Assembly: GCF_000150275.1 (NCBI RefSeq) | Contig: NW_002060949.1 | Coordinates: 5,747,535 to 5,811,534, forward strand | DNA from: Trichoplax adhaerens | Taxonomy: Eukaryota; Animalia; Placozoa | DNA length: 64,000 nt | Reading direction: 5' to 3' | Shown: positions 18,429 through 31,413 of the stretch, piece by piece | Numbering within the stretch: position 1 is the first letter of the stretch | How the letters are laid out: every line of letters begins with the position of its first letter | The notes under the pieces: model-generated | Told to the model about the DNA's origin: nothing | Database searches by the model: none | Seen by the model: only the letters and a program-made list of their open reading frames with translations | Made by a program: the position numbers and the translations under genes

Positions 18429-20450
18429 ATGAAGATGCATTTATCAACGCGTTGCAGCCTTGTAATGGATTTATCCACATACTGTGTCTTCATTTTAATA
18501 TTATTCTCGCTTTGTAATGCATCTGCAAACAATCTACCAGCAATGTCGATGATGCAAATTGAGAAACATTTAAATGATGGATGTGCCATCATGGCTAATC
18601 ATCAACCTATACCGTCTGTTGTTCAACGTTTCAACCAATTAATTCAAATATATGCTCAGGATAAAGTAGTTCTTATTGCAAGATTCGATCAAGCTATACT
18701 CAAGTGGTCTAATGGCGATACCGTAAAATATAGAATGAATGAAAAGGTAAACAACTTATCGAATACCACGTCGATAACGATTTTCCCCAAGCGTAAGATA
18801 GATAGAACATGTCTTATGAGTGTAAATCACCTACCAATAGGTGAATATTATAATGGTCAGGAAGAAATTCACTCCTTGGTCGATTTAATAAATACAAAAT
18901 GCCAGGTTTTCCGAAGTCCGAATGGTAATCTTAACTCTATCGGAATGAAAAGAAAATGGCTATTAGAAAATCTTTATTCTCCCAATCATCATAACGCTAC
19001 CTTTTCTGATCAAATCATACAATCACATCATCCATTGCACAGTCAGACAGCTAATAAGACAAAAACTTCCTATCGAAAATGTAAAGTAATCGACAATACA
19101 ACAACAGCGTCAGAATTTATACATTCTTTCTTACTTAAATCTCAGCCAGTGATTATAAAGGGTGCAATTAAACATTGGCCAGCCATAACTAAGTGGAGTA
19201 ATGACTATTTTAAAAGTAAAATCGGTAACAAAAGAATTCATATCAAGCTAACAGAAAAGGGAGAATTTGAAGGTTGCGAATCGGTTGCCAATTGGAAAAG
19301 TAAACGAGCAAATTTCAAGATACCAGAAGCAGTCCGTCAGCAATTACAATTTGATGATCTAGTTGTAGTTCGCCCAGCTACAGCTGAACTTCCTTTTCCT
19401 GAATTTTTAAAATTTGTCACTGGTGAAAATAGTACACATCAATTTTCAGCTTATCTTGAATATACCTCGATCAAAGACTATATGCCACAGCTTGTGCAAG
19501 ATGTACAAGAAATATCCTTTGTTAAAGATTTCCTTCAACTAAAACACCTCAATATTTGGCTAAGTGATGGTCACACTCTAGGAAAATTGCACTTTGATCC
19601 GTACGATAATTTCCTGTGTCAGGTAAATATCGTTAATCAATTCTATAGTATTACCGATACAATTATTAATCATCTATTTAATAAAATAGCTACAAAGAGT
19701 TATTCTTACACTAATGGACAATATTATCGTAGTAAACTAAGTAGATTTTACCCTCTACTTTACTAGATAAATGCTGTAGCATTAAAATGTTCACAATTTC
19801 ACCATTAATGCAAGTGATCCAGTTCATCTAAGTCATTTTTTTCTTATGGAACCTTTTACATAGTATCAATAACTATGATACTGCACTTTCATTACTGTTA
19901 AAATATACGTATTGGTTTTTACGACTCTTTCTTGTTCAAAATCATAATTTATAGGTGCTTCAACTGCAATAGTATTCACGATTTTTAATTTATCGATATT
20001 AAAGTATATCTCTATTTTTATTTTCTTTAGCTGAGTGGAAAGAAACGTCTAACACTTTTCGATCCACACGATAATACACGACTATACGAAGGACATATTC
20101 CTGAAGCTATGTTAGAATATGATTGGGATAAAAAAAAATTTTATCGTCAAAACTTATTAGAATCAACTTCAATGGTAATGTCTCCCGTCGATATTCTAAA
20201 GCCAAATCTTCAAAGGTTCCCTAAATTTACTAAAGCAGTTCCCTATGTCTGTGAGATTTCGCCCGGCGATGCACTATTTATGCCTGCATTCTGGTGGCAT
20301 GAAGTTCAATCTTTTCCAGATAAAAAGGAAAAAAGAAATTTAGCTGTTAATTTTTGGTATGAACCATTCTTTACAAGAGAGTTTCCATGTCCAACATGTA
20401 AGCTAGAACCTAATCCTTTTTACCACAAAAGGTTTGATTCCTTGTTGTAG
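18429..20450 (+). CDS. JmjC (cupin-8, JMJD7-like) 2-oxoglutarate oxygenase with N-terminal signal peptide and degenerate thioredoxin-like segment; 2 exons (18429-19622, 20031-20450), ~537 aa
   Basis: SQPVIIKGAIKHWPAITKWS, NIWLSDGHTLGKLHFDPYDNFLCQ|LSGKK, PGDALFMPAFWWHEV give the H-x-D...H metal triad; phase-0 GT-AG intron; hydrophobic N-terminus YCVFILILFSLCNASA. Confidence 0.88.
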
Positions 20451-21112
20451 TTAAGAACTAGAAGATTGCAAAGACAACCAATGTCAGCTCTTAAACAGTG
20501 TTAAAATGGATGCCTGTAGCTATTTTATTGACTGAGACTGAAAAATACAAATAATATTTAAGTAGATGATCGATACGAATGATGCTTACATTAAGCAAAT
20601 TATAAAGATTGAATTCTACTGAAAATGTTCCATCGTCGTACATTTATGATGCTATCGACTATATTTTTATTCCAGTATTAGAGGAAAATATTATCCTAGC
20701 ACCTAACATCTAGCAATCTACTAGGCAAATTTTATAAACGATTGTTTTGTGTCTAAGTCTAGTGATAAAAATCGACCAATTGAGTTTGTCATAACCTAAT
20801 CAGATAATAGCTATCCCTATGTTTGTTTAGTGATCAATTACAGCTGACTCCTGGAATATAGACTATTAATTATAGTGAAACTAAAGCAAAATTATTATGA
20901 TAAGTATCATCATATATTATCACTATCAAAAGTAAGATTCTTAAAATTCTGAACAAAATATTCTAAAATTGTTTCCAAATCATTCTCACAAAGTGATCGT
21001 TAATAAAAGTTTTCAAATTGGAATATTCAATTCTAGCTAAAGCTTATTTCAAAGATTTAATCTAAGTTCTTCGTTCTTAAAGCAGTTTAGTCAGTTTATA
21101 CTTATTGATACA

Positions 21113-21190
21113 TTCAAATTCGTCTGAACATTAGATATTCTTTCACAGGGAAAATATCAAAGACAATTTCATGCTTAAAAAAGTATCTTA
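21113..21190 (+). pseudogene. Isolated remnant of the KICS2 last exon
   Basis: ttcaaattcgtctgaacattag|ATATTCTTTCACAGGGAAAATATCAAAGACAATTTCATGCTTAA matches 30985-31061; TTA>TAA premature stop; no upstream exons seen. Confidence 0.8.
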
Positions 21191-21304
21191 TCAATTCTTC
21201 AACTACTTGGCAATATGTGAAGAATATAGATTTATATACTCATGCAATAATAAATTGGATCTCTCAACTTAATTACATTAATTGACTGTATCGTACGTAT
21301 AATA

Positions 21305-21715
21305 AATGCAATCGGGTACTATTTTGAATAGATTAATAAATTCGCAATGGCGTAACCAGAAATTTTCAAATTTTATTTAACCATGTACTTATCATGACTG
21401 TAAAAAGAGTAAAAGGCTTATGTGCAAGACCTAGCCATTAATAATATAATTAAATTAGTGACTCTTATAGGTTTAAAATAAGTTAATGTAATGTAAGTAT
21501 AATAATTGTAATCAGGTATTGTTTTTGTATAGATTAATAAATCTGACAAAGCATAGCCAGAAATTGAAGAGTTTTCAAATTTTATCATATTTAACGATAT
21601 ACATATATGTATTTTAAAAGGAGTAAAAAAGTCATAGGCAAGAGCTGGCCATCAATAATATAATTAGATTAGTGAATCTTATAGGTTTAAAATAAAGTTC
21701 ATGTAATGTAAAATT
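21305..21715. repeat. Degenerate ~200-bp tandem duplication in the ACOX-A 3' flank
   Basis: Two copies of gattaataaa...ccagaaatt...ttttcaaatttta...aataatataatta(a/g)attagtga...cttataggtttaaaata; single copy behind ACOX-B and ACOX-C. Confidence 0.7.
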
Positions 21716-21765
21716 AACCTATAAAGATTTCATGCAATAGATATCTTAAAAAAGTAACATACCAA

Positions 21766-24700
21766 TTAAATTTTACTTTTTAAAATAGGCTTTAAATATT
21801 TATGATAGCTTGAGTGAACCTATATACGATATAAAAAATTTATAGATATCGTTAATCTGATAAGGCCTACAATTTTCTAAAATTGTTCAAGTATAGATAA
21901 ATTAACAAATAAAATCTTACGTCAGTTTTGTTGAGAGGAGCTCGCTTTGCCCAGTTATATAAGCGATTGTAAACGTCGCCATCGTACGCGCCTAGAGCAG
22001 AATTTAACGATTGATCTGCAAAAGCGAAAGCGTCTACTAAGCCTACTAAATTCGGCCGTAATTGCTTATAACAGTAAAGGATTCGTTCTCGAACGAATTC
22101 CATTTGAGTTCCGGTAATAAAGCAATCCTATTTCGTAAATAAATAAATTTAAATTTTATGTAAGGAAGTCGTATCTTTTAAAATATGCGTACTAATAACG
22201 GAATACCTCTAAGAATTCTCCACTATTATCTGCAATTCCATTCAAAGCGAAGACAACGCCAAGCGTTAGTAGACTTTCTTTGATCTCCTTGCTACACTTT
22301 AATAGGGCAGTCGATTGAAAGAAATTTCGTGTAACAAAATAATAACAGTGCGCCTGCAAAAAATAATAGTTTCGAAAATTCGATATTCTGTCTTAACTTA
22401 ACATATAGTATAATTACGATGCGTGTAGTAATTTTATCGTCGATGTAGGTAACTAACCTTTGCACATCGAACAAACTCTATTCCTGAACGATTCATAGCT
22501 TCCGATGTGTCTAAACCTTGAGAGATTTGACTTTCCAAGAACTGAGCAGCGCTCTTGATTGTTCTATAATTCCCCAAAATATGACATTATAATAACTGAA
22601 TACGTAGTTCTAGTATTGAATAATCGTTATACCTTTGAGCTCTATGTTCAAAAGCTTCCACAAGTAAAATAGGCTTCATCAGATCTTCTGGTGATTTAAC
22701 CCCCCATCGAGCGCCAGGTAAAGGTTTAACTTGAATATACGACATACTTGAAGGAGTAATACTAGGTTGTCTGAAACATTTTAGTAAGAATCGTGCAGTC
22801 TGTAGATATAAAACAGTATTCTCTCCCTCGTAAGTACACGACGGTAGCCGATCCTTATACATCGATACGAGGCCGGAAGCTGCTGAAAAGCCATGGCCTC
22901 CGCAAGCTCTACGACATACCTAAATTTAGGTGATTATATAATTATTATTTTTCGTTAGGCCTATATCGATTTATGAAAAGGCAATAAAATAAAACAAACG
23001 TAAAGAAGAGAAAAGATAACCTCAATGCCAGATACAGACATCTCGGCAGTGAAAGCTTTCAAGCCCGAACTTATACCATGTAGCTGTAGATTTCAATTAA
23101 TTATATATTTTATTAATTAGAAGAAAATCGTCGTATTTTCTTAAATAATAATTTATTATACCTCTTGCAAAGCGCCAAGATGGCCCGATTCAATATCAGC
23201 ATGAAGAGCATGATAAGTCGACATCATGTATCTAGCAATCCAAGCGAATGCATACGCGGTAGCGAGTTGTGGAACTAGTTTATGCTGTTGAGTTACATAA
23301 TCGATTATCTGCGGCTCTAGTTCACTAAAAATGGGTAGTAATGTGTTTACAGTTAGTATAATTTTATCGTTCTCCTCAAAAGCGATATGTTACAGAGTAC
23401 AGTACCCTGGTTTGGCTTCCGTTTGTCGTCGTACACAACTGTATCGGATAGCAATAGTCGCTGCTTTTGATAGATTCGTAGCTGATTCGGACACAACAGT
23501 CGCTCTAAGAAGCACCATCGTACCATAAACTAATTTAGAATTGGCTGGTTTCCTGTAAGTTCCGTCTGGATAAACCTATTATGTACATGAGAGGATATAT
23601 ACAGTATGGTTACGCAATGGCAGGTATTCGATCATCGAAGTTTAGTACTAGATAAGTATATAATCGCTTAGTACTTACTTGGGCATGTCTCATTAACATA
23701 TTTTCGCGTGGAATTCTAACGTTATCCATTGCTAGAAAGCCATTGTCGTTAGTTTCTAAGCCGACTTTATTTCCGATATCTCCGACTGTTACGCCAGGCA
23801 TTGGTGAATGATCTTTCAAGCTGCGTAATTGAATAATGAATGAATGAATACCATAACACTGATTTTTGATGTATAACTGGGCCATTACGACAGCATGAGT
23901 AGAGGTTTTCCCGACTGTTAAAGGAATCCATAAATTCGATATGTGAAATCAATGATTTAACTTAACATAGCATATCGCAGTTTATTATACTCTACATAGA
24001 ATCAGTTATCAAATATCAACTGATCGATTTACATAATTTTGTATTAATACTAAATTAAACAATTTCCGATATCGTATATTATAATTAATTAATAAATACG
24101 TACGACATCCAGGCCACCATTTAGTAGCTGTTAAAGTCGGCGTATTTAAAACAAACTCTTCTCTTTTAGGATCGTAAGTCGATGTCGTCTCTAAGCCACG
24201 TATAAAGGTACCTAGATTTAAACCAACGAATAGATGAAATTAATAATATTCTTTGTAAAATAATCTTCTAGAGGTAAAAGATTAGCGTAATGTATAATAA
24301 TAATTTTAGGTTTTACCGTGGCCCAATTCAGTCTGTGCGTAAGTACCGATGATTTTATAGTCATTCGCTAGAGGTAGCCATTTCTTACGTTGCTCGTCAG
24401 TACCTTGATCCTAAAATTATACAGAGTAAACATACGATCAAAAGATCTAAGTCTTAGGATGACGATTTATGAAGCTATATAACGAAATTAGCGTATAGAT
24501 AATTCTAACATTGTACTAAATAGGTGTAGAAGTCGTACACAGACTTTACGAGTAAAACGGTTGTTGTATAAATTTTAGCTAAAAGATCTGTAAAATTTAG
24601 AATATAGTTGATTCCTTGACTAGATTTTAATGATTTCATAATAATTATAAGGTTCGATAAGGTGTCAAATTATACAAGAGATTTATATTCACTCAACTAA

Positions 24701-26501
24701 AGGTGTACCTCTACCGAACCTTAGGTAACGCATCATATACTAAATAATCATGATAACCGTTGACACACGTACCCTAATGGTTGGTCTAAACATAGAATTG
24801 TGCAATGCAATTGGCAGGTTCTCACTGATAACACTGTGCGATGCAAGTTATTTTAAAGAAAACAGAAGAAAAGAACATGAATTAGTTATAAATATTAAAT
24901 TAAATTTAATATGAAGTACTAAGCAATATTCTGCATCATATTAACATTAAGTTGGCATAACTTAGACCCATAATATGAATGACAGCCTATACTGACTGTA
25001 ATCTAACATGCTTTATAAACTACAACATTATGATCAATAAAATACATTGCCGCAAATACAATTACAACTGTCGTATAGAATGCCAATAGCCTTATCAACA
25101 ATTGGCATACAAACAAGTATAAAAGCTACGAAAAATATAAATTCATGTCATAATATACTATTTAATGACGAGGTTAAGTACGTACTTTAGCAAAGTTTGG
25201 TAGTCTTCAGGGTCTTCAATGTTATGTTGTTTAAGTACTTGAACCAATCTGACAGTTTTCTTCACAGCATCACTGTATTTCTCTTCTCTGGATAAGAAAT
25301 AGTAATCGTCATAATTGAAGATAGGCTCATTCAGCACGAGGGATTCTGTGAAGAAAAATACATAAACTTAATTGTCTACCTATTCATTATTAACAAGAGA
25401 GCAACAGGTATACGCCATTGTGAATCGACAGTAGGATAAGCTATTTCTACGATTACAAATTACAAAGAAATGATTCATTATCGGAAGCATTCCGTGAAAA
25501 TGGCCTTGCTCCTAGTATACGCGTATCCATCTGTAATCATTTACCTAAATCCATTTAATGAATACGATTCATACAGTCGTTATAATGATCTATTTTACTG
25601 CATCCTAACAGTGTGACGATATAAAGTCTGTTGAACATGCTGTAATTCAATTTATACGCGTCAATATCCAGTCTTGTATTTTAGTATGAATCTGTTTGTG
25701 ATGTTGTAATAAATAAGTTAAACACCAAAGGTATAACTCGACACAAAATCACAGTAAATAGATAGGAAACTCATTGGATGATAAATTGAAATTGATAATT
25801 AAATATCAATGTTGGTATCATAGACCCACCAATAACACTGAGATGTGCAATACGATCGAGATACGATGATCACCTTATTCATTCATTAGATGTGCGCTTC
25901 AAGAACATCATTAAATTTGATTATGACAATATAAAGTATAGATATTCTAATTTTTATACATCGAAATAGTAAAAATACGTTTATGCTGTAATTGATGAAC
26001 AATGAATTTAATAGAGATGTACCGCTATCTGCAACTGTCTATTAAAAATTAATTTCGTCTATGTAAACAACAACATTGTACAGTACACTATAGAACTGAA
26101 AAAGAAACGAAAAATTAACAACCTTGCTTCTACAATTGGTGATAAACACACTACGCCTGCATGACAGCAAGAATATCACCATCGAAGCCTAATAAGCTAT
26201 TTGATCTCTCCATAGGTGTATCAAGATGCAAAACTACATTAAACAGTTGGAAAAGTATTTACAATGGGCTTAGAGTGTAGATGAACGCCTAGCCGCCCAA
26301 ATGGGAGTGCGTATATTCACTCCAAACTTCAAATGGATACACATTATAAAGTTCTACAATGTACACATAATGCATAAACTAACCCAGATATTGGCGTCTT
26401 TCGGTTTTTTCACGTCCTCCATTAATGATATCGGTTAATTCTGCAACGTTAAAAGTACATTTTCTTCTCTCTCTGTCTAAATCGCTGCTAGGAGACGCCA
26501 T
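21766..26501 (-). CDS. ACOX1: Peroxisomal acyl-CoA oxidase, tandem copy A (multi-exon)
   Basis: [19 protein letters not shown]..., [25 protein letters not shown]...[14 protein letters not shown], catalytic [16 protein letters not shown]-terminal PTS1-like SKI*; no disruption seen in the exons checked. Confidence 0.93.
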
Positions 26502-26969
26502 CGTTGGTACTGCGTTGGCACGGATGAGAACGTTACGGTACGGTACAGTTGGAATATTGCTACAGGACCCTTGTATAGTATTTGTATGAGTACGTCATAT
26601 ATACTACAGCACAGTATGATACTGGACAGCGTTTAAGTAAGCCAGTCGTCAACTCTACCAGAACTAGGAATCCAGTTGGAAGCTTGGGGGCATTTGGACG
26701 CGTAGTAGTGTGTAAGCTAAGCGATTCGAGAAATTGAGTAGGATATTTCAGGTAAAATCGTCCAAATAATCACATTGAATCACTCTTATTGGCCAATAGT
26801 ACTAAATATCAAGTAGAAGAGCTTCCTAGTGACGATGATGAAGAGTTAACATAGGATGGCATGGTTTTTATGAGCCCTTGTAGCTGAGAAATTAAGATTG
26901 TTTTGACTTGTAATGAATTCATTACCAGTTCTTATTTAGATATTAAGTATAATTATTAATTATCAAGCC
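26502..26969. promoter_or_regulatory. Head-to-head spacer (468 bp) between the ACOX-A and KICS2 start codons; likely bidirectional promoter
   Basis: Divergent ATGs at 26501 (-) and 26970 (+); ATTGGCCAAT double CCAAT palindrome at ~26788-26797. Confidence 0.55.
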
Positions 26970-29900
26970 ATGGAGCCTGCAGAAATCAAGACTGGAGCAA
27001 CCCTACACCAAGGTATTGATAGGAATAGTTAAAAAATGGGGGGGGCATTATACAGTGATTGAGTCAAGAAGTAAGCCAGTGCTAAAACCGGCTCGCTGTC
27101 ATAATTGTACTATGGTACACATACATAATGTAACCTACTATTGCATCTGAAGGTTTAGAATGGAATAAGTCAATGCTGTTCTTAGTACTATTTAGCGGTG
27201 ATGCAATCATCTATTGCTTTGTTTAGGACAATAATTTGATAATAGGAATGTTGTAATTAGAAGAACTGTAACTTCAATATCTATACATTGAACTGAGTAC
27301 GTAGAAGCAGCTAAATCGAGATGTTAGTGAGGATGGATTCGATAGTACTGTATGTTGAGTGCATTTATAGATCTTTACAGTATAAACTTCATCTTGTTAA
27401 CATTTCTGATCATAAAAATTATTTATTCTACAATCTGGAAAGGTGTTTAGTAAATGATTGCTAATGCATACATCTGATTTTCTCCGCCATAGAGAAACAA
27501 AGTTATGAAAGTAAAGTATTAATCTCCATTTTCGAAGCAATCGGCCAACTAGATCTCGAATTCGCCGACCGTATCGTAGTAAGTATGGTATAGTGCTACG
27601 AGGGCCAATAGAATATTTACTGACTTCATTTGAATTGATAATGATGAAATCAATCCATACAACTAAATTGTATACTGTAGACTTGTAGAGTACAGTATAT
27701 ATTCTATTCATTCTATAATAATGTATAAAATCCCACTATCAATAAAATTGTTTACAGAAATGGACCTATAATTTACGACATAAACAAGATACTTTGTAAG
27801 CAGGATAAAGTTGGCTATTTATGTATAATAATGTATAATATGGCATTTCTAATACAGTAGCTAGTAACACTGATACACTACACAATACTGAGTACTAACT
27901 AAGCGATCATGGTACTAATATAGCAGGCTTTGTATATACAAATAATTCTAATCTCCATCTCTTAGACGAGATAATTATACATAACACCTTTACATATCTT
28001 CAAAGGCAAATAAAACTACCTCTACCGTCATAAAACATTCATTCTTTAAAATAATTATTACGCGTATGTTTTAACACAGGAAAAAGAGAAGGAATTCAAA
28101 CAATCGAATCTTCCATTCTGGTCTCGATTAATGTCCTTATTAACTAATTTTATCAATGCTGAAAGAAATTACGTGTCTCTTAACTTCTTAAAATACAGCG
28201 TAAGAAAAGAAGTAAGCTATTATGTTAACCACTATACTTATCTATCTGGCAATATAATTTTATAACAAAAGACTAGTTTATCAAAATTACCAGTTTCATC
28301 TCGTGATAACTTGGATAATATTGTACTATAATGCTTATGTACCTTATGATACAGAAGTCAATTTATAACGAATTACTAACTTACAATCTTTACTATTTAT
28401 TGTAACTAATAATTTAGCAAATGCAGATGAATTACATGGTTTTAGGCACTGACATAAAAAGTTTAATCCGCACCCAAAATATGCACGCATCGACAAACGA
28501 TACTGTTATTCAATTGTTGGATATTTGTAATGATTTAATATGCGCTGCCGATATCAGAAATTCGATGACAGAATTGTATCCTATATATTGAATTTCAAAT
28601 TAATGATAGAATGGTTGAAACTATCAACGTTACTAAAGAGTACATTTAAAATGTTTAATCGATGATCGAATCTAATAGACGTCAGTTAGCCGCAACGATT
28701 AATTTCTCATGAAGCATTATATTATTGTTATAAACATTCATCGCCTTGACTAAAATGATACAAGATACCGTCAACTGCATGAGAAAGCTACAGAGAAATC
28801 ATTGCACGTCTCATTACTGATAGAATTATTGAATAACCTCTTAGAACAGTAAGTTGATCGGAATACTCGTATCTAGCAATTACATATATCATACTGCGTA
28901 AGCTTTTTAGCACGATTATTAAACTGTAGCAACATAATCTACAACAGATGCTACAATTACAATATCGCAGTTTTATTATTAGGTTATTGTAATTATAATT
29001 CCTGAATCTTCCATCTTAAGCTTATTTACTTCCAGTATACAGCAATGAGTACAATGCTTTTCAATTTATTTGAAAGTCTCATCCCAGTTATTCGATATCA
29101 AGCTATACTGTATTAAAATACTCATTACTTATCAATCTCTTCCTTTTTAAACAAAGTACAATAAATTATTCTGATAGCAGTTATAATATATGGTATTCCA
29201 GCGATATATCCTAACTTTTAGTAATGGAGAAATAATTTTATACGCGTATTACGAACGAGTATATAGTGTCCATAGAATTGCTACCAATGATCATCAATAG
29301 ATTATAATTGTTAATGCTTAAAGTATTAGCTACTGACTGTTACGACTGGTGGATCAAATTTCTATCCTCAAAGGGGTTTTAATTTTTACTCTGTATATTT
29401 AAAATTTCTATTATAGACATAATGAAAGCATACAACATTTATTTTTAAAATCATTAAGGACTAATATCTTGTAAGTACACAATATCTATTCACAACGTAG
29501 ACTTTTTTGCATTACTAATATGCAGTAATTAGCACTTAATACATATCACTACTTACGATAGCGCTGAAGTTAGAGCACTAGCTCATCTACTTTCTGCTCA
29601 CGTCGAAATCGCCGAATGGGCATTTTTTTCCTCGGTTGTCCAGTTACAACACGCTTCATTAGCACTAGCTGACGTTAAAACATTGGCTGCAGTAAATATC
29701 AATGTAAGAAACGAATAATCTTGTGTACTGTATAAGTAGACGTCATTTTTACTGCTTATCTATCAAATTTTTAAAACATCACAGTTAACTTCCATTGCCT
29801 CAATTTATTATCTAAGTTAAACCATTGGTTTTCTATTTACTCTTAAATTTAGGAAAATAAGAAAAAATCAAGATTTTCTTTCTTTCAGTTTAAATCTACA

Positions 29901-31061
29901 CATGATAGCAAACTGGCTCGTGTGTATCAGTGGCTTATGGACTATTTTCATCTATTACTCTCCAAGGTTAAACACTTACACTCAATAGTAATTTATTGCT
30001 CAGCGACTAATCTAATAAAGCTTTGATAAAATATATTGTTCTTTATGATATTCATATACGTACAATGGAAAATCTATTTAACTATTTATTTTTAATTTCA
30101 GTTTACCTTTTACTTTTACTCAACCCTGGGTAAATATTCTGAAATCAACGATATGAGAGCCTTATCTACCGAAACTACCTGTGATTTTGCTGGGAGGTAG
30201 GTTTCCTATTTGTACAATATGTAGTATTAATGCTCAGTTAATGAAAATAATCCAGCTTTTATAATTCTGTTATGTTTTCGTCTTTTTGTATAGATGTATA
30301 CATTTCTTGAAAAAATCCGATGCCGAATGTCTATTTGTTGTATTCAACAGTGTAAGTCTAGGCACAAAATGTCAATTTGGTCATGGATATTCCCATCCCA
30401 ATTCTGGATTTCGCGTACCAGAAGATGGCATTCCATCGTTTCCTATCATTTTAACTTTCCCAGAGACTCTCGATGTACGCCTATTTCATGACTTCTGATT
30501 TATTATATACGCATAAATATACATATGCGTAACTCAATCCGATCAGTTTGTTTATATGATAAAGTATCGTTTCATAAGTTTTCGATTTGCTTATCAACGA
30601 TATTGCATAACTCTAGGTTACCAAATGTAGCTACTGGAGTGATGTTTTCAGTATGCTGTCAAAGTATACTGATAAGTTAACAAATTCGGACACTGTCTTT
30701 CCACTTAAGAGTAACGTAAGAAGATTGCTAAAATTATTATATCTACTATCTCTGTTTGATGAACTGTTATCGCTTTCTAACACGAAACTAGATGCCTGTA
30801 ACTGACGATTACTATCAAATATACATATCATGTATCGAGCCGCGATATTATTTGGTAGTCGTTTTCGAACAAAAACGATTGGAAAAGATGGCTATGATTT
30901 CTAATTTTATATCAGGTAAAGATACCGTAAAACGTTTCTTACGTCTAAATTGAATAAATATTATGTTTATACTAATTAACGCTTTCAAATTCGTCTGAAC
31001 ATCAGATATTCTTTCCCAGGGAAAATATCAAAAACAATTTCATGCTTTAAAAAGTGTCTGA
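26970..31061 (+). CDS. KICS2: KICSTOR subunit 2 (C12orf66) homolog, 13 exons: 26970-27012, 27493-27578, 28080-28211, 28418-28575, 28765-28848, 29417-29470, 29562-29703, 29853-29966, 30102-30196, 30294-30474, 30617-30715, 30792-30915, 31006-31061
   Basis: All exon phases join in frame. Translation follows human C12orf66 as recalled: EKEKE...WSRLMSLLTNFINAERNYVSLNFL, EVRALAHLLSAHVEIAEWAFFSS, VYQWLMDYFHLLLSKFTFYF, FGHGYSHP, IEPRYYLVVVFE; stop TGA at 31059-31061. Confidence 0.88.
28576..28764 (+). other. U12-type (minor spliceosome) GT-AG intron in KICS2
   Basis: Donor GTATCCTAT; branch point CCTTGAC at 28744-28750, branch A 15 nt from the 3' end; no polypyrimidine tract; AAG acceptor; boundaries set by protein homology (MTEL|YRQL). 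Confidence 0.72.
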
Positions 31062-31413
31062 TTAATTCTTCTACTATTTGGCAATACAATATGTGAAGAA
31101 TACAGATTTATATACTCGTACAATAATAAATTGAATCTCCTCTAAGTTAATAACATGATAGACTGTATCGTGCGTATAGTAAGTGCAATCAGGTACTATT
31201 TTGTGTAAGTTAATAAACCTGACATAACTGCCAGAAATTGGAAAGTTTTCAAATTTTATTTAACAATATACGTGTATGTATTTAAAAAGAGCAAAAGAAT
31301 CTTATATGCAAGAGCTAACCATCAATAATATAATTAGATTAGTGAATCTTATAGGTTACAAATAAAATTCAAGCCTTTCTACAATAGACGTCTTGAAAAA
31401 TGCAACATACCAA

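Noticed and set aside
19623-19766. ORF-track extensions past splice donors (also 7098-7377 and the ACOX ...[16 protein letters not shown] tails)
   Set aside because: Intron read-through; spliced downstream exons supply the conserved continuation.
27721-27800. Apparent exon with in-frame TAA codons (also 28680-28760), suggesting recoding or a KICS2 pseudogene
   Set aside because: Better homologous exons (27493-27578 and 28765-28848) give an uninterrupted frame; these stretches are intronic.
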